Source: Candidatus Riflebacteria bacterium HGW-Riflebacteria-1
GTDB taxonomy: Bacteria > Muiribacteriota > Ozemobacteria > Ozemobacterales > Ozemobacteraceae
Assembly: GCA_002839445.1 (NCBI GenBank)
Contig: PGYB01000007.1
Location: 110,558 to 174,557 of the forward strand
Direction: 5' to 3'
DNA: 64,000 nucleotides
Shown: in pieces, positions 1-8,425 of the stretch
Layout of the letters: each line of letters begins with the position of its first letter
How positions within the stretch are numbered: the first letter of the stretch is position 1
The notes under the pieces: generated by a model
The model's input: only the letters and a program-made list of their open reading frames with translations
What the model was told of the DNA's origin: nothing
Databases searched by the model: none
Translations under genes and position numbers: made by a program

Positions 1-2166
1 ATCCCAGTTTTCGCCAAGGTTGATCTTTACCAGGAAATCGCCCTCAATATCGTTGTTCGAAAGGTCACCGAGCAGATACTTGTAAAATGGCTCGATATCA
101 CGGTCTTCGAAGATGTAGGTTCTGATGAAATTCTGAACTTTTGAATACGGCTTGATGCGGTCGAGGCACTGTTCATACTGGCGTTCGATCATGCCGTCTT
201 TTGAAATGCGGGTGAGCTTGGTCGAAAAGACTTCAACCTGCTTTTTGATAGATTGGCTCTGCACGCTTAGAAATCGCAGGTAGTCTTCGGCGCAGCCGAT
301 ACAGAACATTTCGTATTCCATGTCAACCGCTTCTTTAGCTTCTTTGAGCAGCTTATCGCGTTCGTCATTGAGGTCGGTCATGCGCAGAACCGTGCCGAGT
401 TCCATGAGCTTGCCGCCCAGGCCGGCAAAGCCACTCAGCCGCTCTTTGAGGCGATTCGCAATCTCGCGGTATTCGCGTTGTTCTTTGTCGAGCTTGGCTT
501 TGATCTCCTGAACCTTGCGGCTGAGGATCTCGCGGGGGTAGCGTGAAAGATACTTTTCAAAAGCCACCAGGAAATCTACTGCGATATGGGCACCGAGATC
601 AGGGTTATTGATGATCTCAATGACCTTTTCAAGCAGGTGTTCGCCGGTTTTGACTGCAGCCTGTTCAAAACTGACCTTGACCTTTGCTCTTATTTCGTCT
701 TTTTTGACGCGGTTCTGGTTCATTTCATCGATCTGGCGCAGAATAAAGGCTGATGCCGATTCGCCATCGCGCTGTTTGCTGGCGGTGCGCATAGTGTGGA
801 ACATCGGGTTATCCCAGAACTGCTTGCGATCAATGACCTCTTTTGTCATCAGAAAGAGCGCTTCGGGGGTAAGGTCGACTTTGCCGGGGTTGTTCTCAGC
901 GAATTCCTGCACCATTGAGTCAATTAGAATGCGGTCTACCGAGAGGCGAAGCCAGTAGGTGAGATCCATTGACAGCTTGAAGGTGTAGAGGTCTCTGATA
1001 ACGTCAAGCGGGTAATAGAAGCTCTTAAAGCCGGCCGAGCTGAAACATTTAAGCTGCTTTCCCTCAAGATCTGAGCTGTTCTGGCCGAGAATCTGCGAAG
1101 CGTTGTCAAGCATCGAGTTCTGCGCCTGGCGCATCTGAGTGGCCAGTTTGGTGAATATCAGTTCAGAGGCGATGGCGTAATAGGTCGGAATGTCGTCCTG
1201 GTTGCTGGTGCCGAGAAGGTAGCATTGATCAAACGGTGTTTCTTCGCATACCGAGCCAAAAGTAGTGCCGTCATTGCTTTTGCCGACCGGCCCGTAGTTA
1301 ACCATGAACTTGTTGCGGCGGTCCTGGTTGATAATATCTTTGGCACTGCGGCTCGGTGGAAAGTGCTCTTTATTCATGAAATAGAAGGTTTCGACGAGAG
1401 AAGCGTAACCATTGCCTTCGAGACGCCCGGTTGAATTGACGTTGGGGTCGATGGCGATCTGGGTAAATGCTTCTGGAGTCAGCATGATGCCGATAATGCT
1501 CGGCTTGCCGCGCCCGCCAGAAAGCTGATAATAGGCCATTTTCATGAGATAGGCGATGTCGAGAAACATGCCGGCGCCCGAACCGCCGCACAAAGAGCCG
1601 ACGATGTAAAACTCGGGAGTCAGTATCTGGCCTTGTTTGTTGGTCAACGGAACGATGATGTCGTCCTGGTTAACGTTGCTGCGCGCCATGATGCGGCTCA
1701 TCTTGGTCTTGATCTGCTGAAAAATTTTCTGTACATCGACAAAAACACCAAAGCGGCCGGTAAACCTGAACTGGTGCGCGCCCTGGCTGATCTGGCCAAT
1801 ATGGTTTTTGAGTTTCTGCGGAAACCATTCGTAAAGATAATTGTAGGTGTCAGAGTCGAGATTGCCGGTTATCTGACCGGCATTCTGAATGTTGATCTGA
1901 TGATACTCGCTTTCAGTAAGCTTAGCGGCGGTTTTCGCCTCTTCTTCTGACTGGCTGGCATCAAAGATGTCGGTATCAATACATAGCAGATCGATGAAAT
2001 CGGGGAGCGCAGGTTGTTTGTCGCCTGAAAGCGAAAATGCCTTTCTGATTTGCGGGCTGCTGAGAAAGGTTTCCTTAAAGTTGATCAGCGATTTCTTGCC
2101 TGTACCGCCAAGTCCAACGATAAGAGCGGGGTTCAGGGCTATCCTGTTTTCGTAGTTTGTACTCAT
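1..2166 (-). CDS. Large tubulin/FtsZ-superfamily GTPase-like protein (at least 722 aa, C-terminus cut off by the window edge)
   Basis: Minus-strand ATG at 2164-2166, preceded by a GGGAG Shine-Dalgarno. The frame stays open for 722 codons to position 1. The N-terminus has ALIVGLGGTGKKSL (T1/P-loop-like Gly-rich loop) and GSLCGGSGAGMFLDIAYL (tubulin/FtsZ T4 signature GGGTGSG-like). A long alpha-helical, K/E-rich C-terminal extension follows. The six-frame track missed it because there is no stop codon inside the window. Confidence 0.6.
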   Translation of the reverse strand, partial: MSTNYENRIALNPALIVGLGGTGKKSLINFKETFLSSPQIRKAFSLSGDKQPALPDFIDLLCIDTDIFDASQSEEEAKTAAKLTESEYHQINIQNAGQITGNLDSDTYNYLYEWFPQKLKNHIGQISQGAHQFRFTGRFGVFVDVQKIFQQIKTKMSRIMARSNVNQDDIIVPLTNKQGQILTPEFYIVGSLCGGSGAGMFLDIAYLMKMAYYQLSGGRGKPSIIGIMLTPEAFTQIAIDPNVNSTGRLEGNGYASLVETFYFMNKEHFPPSRSAKDIINQDRRNKFMVNYGPVGKSNDGTTFGSVCEETPFDQCYLLGTSNQDDIPTYYAIASELIFTKLATQMRQAQNSMLDNASQILGQNSSDLEGKQLKCFSSAGFKSFYYPLDVIRDLYTFKLSMDLTYWLRLSVDRILIDSMVQEFAENNPGKVDLTPEALFLMTKEVIDRKQFWDNPMFHTMRTASKQRDGESASAFILRQIDEMNQNRVKKDEIRAKVKVSFEQAAVKTGEHLLEKVIEIINNPDLGAHIAVDFLVAFEKYLSRYPREILSRKVQEIKAKLDKEQREYREIANRLKERLSGFAGLGGKLMELGTVLRMTDLNDERDKLLKEAKEAVDMEYEMFCIGCAEDYLRFLSVQSQSIKKQVEVFSTKLTRISKDGMIERQYEQCLDRIKPYSKVQNFIRTYIFEDRDIEPFYKYLLGDLSNNDIEGDFLVKINLGENWD

Positions 2167-2344
2167 TTTTAAAGACGCTCCCGTATTGGAGATAATTTGC
2201 CAAAGTATAGTCTCAGGCTAAACCCTGTGTCAAGAAAAGCAAAAATAAACGTTTACTGAAGTTTTACCTTGTCGAAGCATTCTGTTATACTGGCAGGGCA
2301 AAAAGTATTAAAACTTAATCTGGCATTGAAGAACGGAGAATTCT

Positions 2345-3289
2345 ATGAAACCCCTGGAACTCAGTTGCATTGCCGGAGTCTGGAATACATCTCTGGGTCT
2401 TCTCAGCGAACACCTGGATGGGGTCGGCAGCGACCTTCAGCTCTGGTTTCCTTGGGGCGGCATCTGGCGCGGTCGCGACCTTGCCGGTAGTCTGCCACCG
2501 ACCGATTTTCCTGACGATCTGGTCAAGCCTGGAATAAGCCGTTTTGGCGGGCGCTTCTGGAAAACTGTCGCAGTCAATTCTACCACCTGGCTGATAAGTG
2601 TGCGCGCCCCTAACTCTGCTTCGCCTGAGATGGCAACCTGGGAACTGACAGAAAAGGCACGTGAGTCGCTGAAGATGCTTGCAGATTTTGTCAGACTGGA
2701 GTGCCTGCTTGGCCTGACAATGAAAATACTCGAAAATCAATCACGCGAAAACATCGGGCACTGGGATCGTGTGCGCCATTTTAGCGTGGCTATAGGCTGC
2801 GAACTTGGATTAGCGCCGCGCGAAATCGCTGATCTGGAAATGGCGGCCCTGTTGCATGATCTTGGCAAAGTTGGACTTCCTGATGAGCTGCTTGAGCTCG
2901 CTGGTCCGCTCGACGAAGACGAGCGCAAAAAAGTTGAGGCGCATTCACTGATCGGATCAGCCATGATTCGCGAGATTCCGGGCATGGAAATGGTTGCCGA
3001 GATGGTTTTGAGTCACCACGAAGCTATCGACGGTTCTGGCTATCCGCGCGGTCTCAAACGCGAAGAAATTCCTTTTGGCTCTCTGATTATCGCGGTTGCC
3101 GACTCTTTTGATGCGATGACGCATTATCGTCCATACGCGATTGAGCGCACCTACCTTGAAAGCTTTACTGAAATGAGCGAGGAAAAGGGCAAATTCTCGC
3201 CCGAAGTTCTCGCCGCGCTTGAAAGAGTGCTTAAAAACCTGGGGATTATTGATGCCAAGCCTCTTGTTGGCAACAGAGAAGACTGGTAA
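2345..3289 (+). CDS. HD-GYP domain protein (probable c-di-GMP phosphodiesterase)
   Basis: Motifs HDLGKVGLPDELL and HHEAIDGSGYPRGL (HD...GYP). GGAG Shine-Dalgarno 6 nt upstream of the ATG. Confidence 0.8.
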   Translation: MKPLELSCIAGVWNTSLGLLSEHLDGVGSDLQLWFPWGGIWRGRDLAGSLPPTDFPDDLVKPGISRFGGRFWKTVAVNSTTWLISVRAPNSASPEMATWELTEKARESLKMLADFVRLECLLGLTMKILENQSRENIGHWDRVRHFSVAIGCELGLAPREIADLEMAALLHDLGKVGLPDELLELAGPLDEDERKKVEAHSLIGSAMIREIPGMEMVAEMVLSHHEAIDGSGYPRGLKREEIPFGSLIIAVADSFDAMTHYRPYAIERTYLESFTEMSEEKGKFSPEVLAALERVLKNLGIIDAKPLVGNREDW

Positions 3290-3305
3290 ATCAGCTGGAG
3301 GAATT

Positions 3306-4268
3306 ATGAAATTGCGCGTATTTTTGATGATTTTTGCTGTCACCTTTTTGGCTGCTGTTGCAGTTTCTGCCGATACCATGCGAGTTGGCGTCGTGCTGTC
3401 GATTGGCGGGCTTGGCGACGAATCGTTTAATGATGCCGCATATCAGGGTATCATGCAGTTGCGCAAAGAAGGCGACTACGTTGTTGAAGTTGTCGAGCCA
3501 GGCAGTATAAGCGGTATTGAACCTGCACTGCGTTATTTTTGTCAGCGCGATATGGATATGGTCTGCGCCGTTGGCATTTTTGCCAATGACGCTGTGCGCC
3601 GCATCGCTGCAGAATTTCCTGAAAGCCGTATTGTTCTTATTGATTCAGTTGTAACTATGCCCAATGTGTTGTCTATTCTGTTTGACGAAGAACAGGGCTC
3701 ATTTTATGCCGGCGCGTTTGCTGCTTTATCAAGTAAAAGCGATATCGTAGGCTTTCTCGGTGGCATGGATTCGCCGGTAATCGCCAGCTTTGAGCGTGGC
3801 TTTACCAATGGCGTAAAGTTTGTTAAGCCGCAGGCAACCGTTCTGTCGCACTATATCGGCAGCACACCAGAAGCCTTTGACATGCCCGAAAAGGCATTCA
3901 ATCTTGGCATGGATATGGCAAAACAGGGCGCCGATCTTATTTATCATGCTTCTGGTCGTAGTGGCCTCGGTCTGATTCAGGCTTCTCGCCGTGGTAATTA
4001 TCTGGTGATCGGCGTAGATTCAGATCAGAGTCGCACCGCTCCAGGTAAAGTGCCGGCCAGTATGGTAAAACGCATAGATAACGCTTTGGTCAAGGCCGCC
4101 GAAATAATGCGCAAAGATGCTTTTGCCGGCGGTATCTGGACAATGAGCCTGCAGGATCACGGTATTGAGCTTGTTCATTCGCGCTTTAACCGCGACCTGC
4201 TTAACGCCGACGCACTTGCCAGGCTCAAAGAGATCGAAGAATTTCTGATGTACAAAACGGCCAGATAA
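3306..4268 (+). CDS. BMP/Med family substrate-binding protein (basic membrane protein), secreted
   Basis: GGAGG Shine-Dalgarno then ATG at 3306. N-terminal signal peptide MKLRVFLMIFAVTFLAAVAVSA. The fold and motifs look like the PnrA/Med family (GGLGDESFNDAAYQG, VIGVDSDQS). No adjacent permease or ATPase genes. Confidence 0.7.
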   Translation: MKLRVFLMIFAVTFLAAVAVSADTMRVGVVLSIGGLGDESFNDAAYQGIMQLRKEGDYVVEVVEPGSISGIEPALRYFCQRDMDMVCAVGIFANDAVRRIAAEFPESRIVLIDSVVTMPNVLSILFDEEQGSFYAGAFAALSSKSDIVGFLGGMDSPVIASFERGFTNGVKFVKPQATVLSHYIGSTPEAFDMPEKAFNLGMDMAKQGADLIYHASGRSGLGLIQASRRGNYLVIGVDSDQSRTAPGKVPASMVKRIDNALVKAAEIMRKDAFAGGIWTMSLQDHGIELVHSRFNRDLLNADALARLKEIEEFLMYKTAR

Positions 4269-4362
4269 AATTAGAGGGTACAGCCCTTGCGGCTTTCGTG
4301 CCAGATTCTTATAATCAATACATATTCGACTCTCAACTGGTTTTGTTAGCAGGAGGAAGTTT

Positions 4363-5136
4363 ATGATGACCATGACATACAGCCAAAGGCAAAATGTCTC
4401 GACAATGCTTCTTATCTCGATGCTGTTTTCGCTGTGGGTTGCCGTATCTCCAGTCGGGCAGCTGCATGCGTCTTTTCTTGCCAAAGCGAAAGATATCGGC
4501 AAGGCTATATTTGTTAATGTGGGCGCAGTAGGCGCTGGCCTCGCGGGTGGCGCACTGGGCATGGCTCTTGGCGGTGGACCGCTTGGTATGGCTGCCGGTG
4601 CTATTGGTGGTTTTATTGTCGGCAAGAAAGTCCTTAACTGGACAACCTCAAGCGTTGCTAATTTTGCCACAGTAATCGGCGCAGTCGCTGGTGGCGCGCT
4701 TTGTATCGGCATGGGTTTTCCGATGCTCGCAGTTGGCGTTATCGGTGGTGGTCTGATCGCACGTCTCGCTGTAGCGGGCGTCTCAAAGCTGTTTGGTAAA
4801 AAGACGGTTGTGCTCAAGCAGAGTGATATCGACCCGGCAGCTGCAGCCAAAGAGAGAGCCGAAGCTGCTGATTTTATGGCCAAAATGACTGGCACTTCTA
4901 CTGTTCCGGTGACAAGTGGCAGCACTGTTAAGAAAACCACAAGCGCTGCAGCTGCACCTGAAGCCAAAGCACCTGCCAAGGCCGTTGACTCCCAGACAGC
5001 TTACAGCAACTACCTGGCTGCCTATAAGCAATATATGGAAGCAACCCAGAAGGGCAACGCCGCTCTCGCCAAGAGTGCATACACCGAGTATAAAACTAAC
5101 CTCGACCTCTATAACTCGCTGATCAAAGGCAAGTAG
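4363..5136 (+). CDS. Glycine-zipper membrane protein with Tyr-rich C-terminal domain (paralog of 42875..43786)
   Basis: AGGAGG Shine-Dalgarno. N-terminal hydrophobic segment, then a long Gly/Ala zipper (GAVGAGLAGGALGMALGGGPLGMAAGAIGG...). The C-terminal motif AYSNYLAAYKQY...AYTEYKTNLDLYNSL is shared with the paralog. Confidence 0.65.
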   Translation: MMTMTYSQRQNVSTMLLISMLFSLWVAVSPVGQLHASFLAKAKDIGKAIFVNVGAVGAGLAGGALGMALGGGPLGMAAGAIGGFIVGKKVLNWTTSSVANFATVIGAVAGGALCIGMGFPMLAVGVIGGGLIARLAVAGVSKLFGKKTVVLKQSDIDPAAAAKERAEAADFMAKMTGTSTVPVTSGSTVKKTTSAAAAPEAKAPAKAVDSQTAYSNYLAAYKQYMEATQKGNAALAKSAYTEYKTNLDLYNSLIKGK

Positions 5137-5165
5137 GCCGCAAACCAGAGTTCGCCTAATTACAA

Positions 5166-5192
5166 AGCCGGCCCTCGCAGGCCGGTTTTTTT
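5166..5192 (+). terminator. Rho-independent terminator
   Basis: GC hairpin CCGGCC-ctcgca-GGCCGG followed by an 8-nt T-run, 30 nt after the stop codon. Confidence 0.75.
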
Positions 5193-5264
5193 ATGCCGCA
5201 AAGACGTCGAACCTACGATCGGTGCCAACAGGGTGATAGACCAATTCTAGTTGTTTTGTTACTA

Positions 5265-5460
5265 CCTTCGGCATTGTTCGATTATGCGTTTGCCCGTGCT
5301 CGTGCGTGCACCTGGGCGCTTTGTATCCTCAGGCGCTCTGGCGCACCTGGCGCATCTGGCGCATCCTACGCGTCGTAATCGTAATCGTCGTTGCTGGCAA
5401 TTACAAAGGCTACTTTTGTGTCCAGTCTTTGGCTGTGAACGAATCTTTTGTGAATAGTAT
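5265..5460. repeat. Noncoding repeat element, copy A, with internal SSRs (CGTGCT-type, 9-mer TGGCGCANC x3, CGTAAT x2)
   Basis: Shares the blocks CTTCGGCATTGT, CGTGCTCGTGC, CGTAATCGTCGT-GCTGGC-ATTA, TGTGAACGAAT and TGTGAATRGTAT, in the same order and orientation, with 6634..6767. Confidence 0.7.
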
Positions 5461-5502
5461 TAGAAATCAAGCAATGGTTGCGCGATACATGTATGAGCAG
5501 GC

Positions 5503-6279
5503 TCAGATACCCCACGTGTTTATGCGGGTTATCGACGTAATAACATCTTTGCGGTTAAGAGCTTCAAGGGTCATGACCGGTTTTGTCGCCGGCGCCAGCT
5601 GGTTATACCACGAAATGAGCGGCGTATAATCGAGGCAACCGTCGCCAATTGCCAGATGCTGATCGCCGGATTTATCGTTGTCATGGATATGACAGACCAG
5701 AATTTTGTCACCCAGTTTCTCCAGCCAATCCTGCATGGGTAGTTGGGAAAACAGGTTGTAGTGCCCGGTGTCAAAGCAGATTCCGGCGTTGCTCGCGGCA
5801 AGAGTCTGCAGCAACTGGTAAAGGCGATCAGGTGATGAGTCGTAGATGTTCTCAAAGGCTATCTGCAGACCAAGTTCAGCAGCCTGTTTTGTCATTTGCT
5901 TGAGTGGTTCTGTTGCTCGCTGCAGCCATTGAATATAATCTGCCTCGCTCGCGACATCACCATACCCGGGGTGAACGACAATCCTTTGCGAGCCAAGTCG
6001 GCTGGCTACATCGAGAGTTCGCAGCAGGCGATTAAGTGAGCGCTCTCTCAAGGCATCATCAGGTGATCCGATATCCTGGTCAACAAAAGGAGCGTGCAGG
6101 CTCGAAGAAAAATTATGACTGACAAGAAGCTCGCTGAGGCGCACCAGAAAATTTTCGGTGATGTTGTCTATCGAGTGACTGCTGAAATACAGTTCTGGAA
6201 ACAAATCGTAGCTGGCCAGCAGCTCGAATGCTTCGCCGTTCATGTGAGAGGTTGCCAGGGTTGCGTGTATGCGGGCCAC
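5503..6279 (-). CDS. Sugar phosphate isomerase/epimerase (xylose isomerase-like TIM barrel) family protein
   Basis: A 258-aa ORF with TIM-barrel AP-endonuclease-2/xylose-isomerase-like motifs (IVVHPGY, AFENIYD, CFDTGHYNLF, HIHDND). Confidence 0.6.
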   Translation of the reverse strand: MARIHATLATSHMNGEAFELLASYDLFPELYFSSHSIDNITENFLVRLSELLVSHNFSSSLHAPFVDQDIGSPDDALRERSLNRLLRTLDVASRLGSQRIVVHPGYGDVASEADYIQWLQRATEPLKQMTKQAAELGLQIAFENIYDSSPDRLYQLLQTLAASNAGICFDTGHYNLFSQLPMQDWLEKLGDKILVCHIHDNDKSGDQHLAIGDGCLDYTPLISWYNQLAPATKPVMTLEALNRKDVITSITRINTWGI

Positions 6280-6285
6280 TGGTTT

Positions 6286-6471
6286 TCAAGCTTTTTCCGG
6301 GGTGTCCGGCATAGTTGCCTCTTCGATCAGCATAACCGGAATGTCGTCACGTATCGGGTATGATCTCTTACATTCGCAGCAGTTGAGCACATCTTTTTCT
6401 TCGTCATGCACGATTTTGCCCCGGCAGGCCGGACAGGCAAGAATTTCCAGAAGTTCTTTCTTGATAGGCAT
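6286..6471 (-). CDS. Trm112/YcaR family protein
   Basis: MPIKKELLEILACPACRGKI...LNCCECKRSYPIRDDIPVMLIEEA is a zinc-ribbon Trm112 fold. GGGAG Shine-Dalgarno 9 nt upstream of the ATG at 6469-6471. The track ORF is over-extended at its 5' end. Confidence 0.75.
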   Translation of the reverse strand: MPIKKELLEILACPACRGKIVHDEEKDVLNCCECKRSYPIRDDIPVMLIEEATMPDTPEKA

Positions 6472-6633
6472 CCAACAACTCCCATGAATACTTATGCGGT
6501 AACTGGGACTCAGTATATTGCCAACCTCGCCAAAATTCAAGAGCAGAATCATCCGCCGGTCGACAATAATCGGCCGGTCTGATATATTGCCGGACACAGG
6601 GATAATACTGATTACATTTTTTTCGTTCTTATA

Positions 6634-6767
6634 CTTTCGGCATTGTCCCTGCTATTTGCTTTTTCGTGCTCGTGCTCGTGCTCGTTCTCGTAATCGTCGT
6701 CGCTGGCGATTAAAAGGCACTCTGGTTTCTAGTTCTTTGTTGTGAACGAATTTAATGTGAATGGTAT
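6634..6767. repeat. Noncoding repeat element, copy B, with hexamer-periodic SSR (CGTGCT x3-CGTTCT-CGTAAT-CGTCGT)
   Basis: Homologous to 5265..5460 (see blocks there). It lies in the divergent promoter region between the Trm112 gene and the GT9 gene. Confidence 0.7.
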
Positions 6768-6788
6768 AACATGTCAGGAATTCTTGTG

Positions 6789-7775
6789 ATGCGATTGCGT
6801 GGGCTTGGCGATATAGTCCATCTATTGCCGGTTTTACAAATGTTGCGCAAGCAGAACCCCGACGAAACGATCGGGTTTTTCTGCCAACGCCCTTTTGGTC
6901 AGATAATTCCAGCAGAATTGCACATCAGGGTCATTGAGATGCCTCCAGGAGCAGGGTTCGCTCAGTTGCTCGAACTGGCGCGGCAGATTCGCAAGTATCG
7001 TTTCGACAAGGTTTTCGATCTGTTCAGCAACCCGGCAACAGCTATAGTTACCGCTCTTTCTGGTATCAGGCAGCGCTACGGCTTCGATTATCGGGTGCGG
7101 CGCTGGGTTTACAGCCGCACTTATGCTCCGCCTGACCCGAACAAGCATCTTATGCAGCTTTTTTGCGATTTTTTTGCATATTTCGGCGTTGCTGGTGAAT
7201 TAAAGCTGCCGCAGATATCTTACTCGTCTGCTCTGATAAGCCGCGCCATGGCGGCCTTGCCTCAACAATACCGGGCAACTCGACCGCTTCTTGGAATAAA
7301 CCCGCACGCGACCTATCAGTCAAAGGCCTGGCCCGAAGAGTATTTTTGTGAGTTTATCAATCTCTGGCACAACGCTACCAGGCAGCCGGTGCTGATTACC
7401 TGGGGTCCCGGCGAACGTGCGGCGGCTGAAGCGCTTGCCGAAAAGGTTGGCCGCGACCGGGCATTTGTTCACGAAAGTCTGCGGATCGATGAATTTGCCG
7501 CGTTATTGAGCCAGTTGAACCTGTTTTTAACCTGTGATACCGGTCCGATGCACATCGCCTGGGCTGTCGACACTCCTGTGGTCGCTATTTTCGGGCCAAC
7601 AACGCGCGAACCGGTCTATCCCCGTGGTGACAAACATCTTGTGCTTTACAGCGACAGCGTCGACTGCCTGCAGTGCCATCGTGAAACCTGCAGTCACAAG
7701 AGCTGTATGTATTCTTTGACCCCGCAAAAGGTCTTTGCCGCAGTAATGAAAAAATATGATTGTTGCAAGGGCTAG
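6789..7775 (+). CDS. Glycosyltransferase family 9 (ADP-heptose:LPS heptosyltransferase)
   Basis: N-terminal MRLRGLGDIVHLLP and C-terminal FLTCDTGPMHIAWAVDTPVVAIFGPT are typical of WaaC/WaaF-type GT9 enzymes. Confidence 0.8.
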   Translation: MRLRGLGDIVHLLPVLQMLRKQNPDETIGFFCQRPFGQIIPAELHIRVIEMPPGAGFAQLLELARQIRKYRFDKVFDLFSNPATAIVTALSGIRQRYGFDYRVRRWVYSRTYAPPDPNKHLMQLFCDFFAYFGVAGELKLPQISYSSALISRAMAALPQQYRATRPLLGINPHATYQSKAWPEEYFCEFINLWHNATRQPVLITWGPGERAAAEALAEKVGRDRAFVHESLRIDEFAALLSQLNLFLTCDTGPMHIAWAVDTPVVAIFGPTTREPVYPRGDKHLVLYSDSVDCLQCHRETCSHKSCMYSLTPQKVFAAVMKKYDCCKG

Positions 7776-7807
7776 TGTAAGTTTGAAAATTGTTTGATGA
7801 GGTAACG

Positions 7808-8359
7808 ATGCGAAAAGCTGTTTTTCTTGACCGCGATGGAACTCTAAATCCTGATCCGGGCTACATTTCAAATCCGGATGATTTCGCGCTTTTTCCTGGC
7901 GTTGGCGAAGCCCTGGCCAGGCTGAAAAAAGCTGGCTACCTGTTGATCTTGATTACCAACCAGTCTGGCATCGCGCGCGGACTCATTACCCCTGAACAGC
8001 TTGAACTGGTTCATCAGAAACTGCAAGGCCTTCTCGCGTCTGCTGATGCAGAACTTGACGCGATATATTTCTGTCCGCATCACGCTGATTACCCGCCAGT
8101 TAACGGAATTTCTGACTGCAACTGCCGAAAGCCCCGTCCCGGCATGATTTTGCAGGCCCTCAAGGATTTTGATATCGATAGAGATCGCTCCTACGTTATT
8201 GGCGACCGCAGCAAAGACATAAAGATCGGCCTCGATACTGGAATCAAGCCAATTTGTATCAGAGCGCAACCCGCACCAGGTTTTGAAAAAGTACCAACAT
8301 TTGCCAGCTTGAATGAGGCCGTTGACTGGTTGCTGGCAGATGCGGCCAATAAAGTTTGA
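7808..8359 (+). CDS. gmhB: D-glycero-D-manno-heptose 1,7-bisphosphate phosphatase (HAD-IIIA)
   Basis: FLDRDGTLN (DxDGT) and the zinc-binding CxHx...CxC motif CPHHADYPPVNGISDCNCRKP of the GmhB family. Confidence 0.8.
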   Translation: MRKAVFLDRDGTLNPDPGYISNPDDFALFPGVGEALARLKKAGYLLILITNQSGIARGLITPEQLELVHQKLQGLLASADAELDAIYFCPHHADYPPVNGISDCNCRKPRPGMILQALKDFDIDRDRSYVIGDRSKDIKIGLDTGIKPICIRAQPAPGFEKVPTFASLNEAVDWLLADAANKV

Positions 8360-8425
8360 CATTTTGCTGCCAATACTTATAATGAGCCGGTCGCTTTAGC
8401 GAACACGTGATTTTCAAGGCTGAAT

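Noticed and set aside
2737-3379. Minus-strand ORFs of 82 and 140 aa overlapping the HD-GYP and BMP genes
   Set aside because: They are antisense to well-supported genes and have no motifs. They are chance ORFs.
4020-4979. A 319-aa minus-strand ORF antisense to the glycine-zipper gene
   Set aside because: Its composition is pure Ala/Pro/Thr low complexity, produced by reading the Gly/Ala-rich codons in reverse. It has no Shine-Dalgarno and it overlaps two well-supported plus-strand genes.
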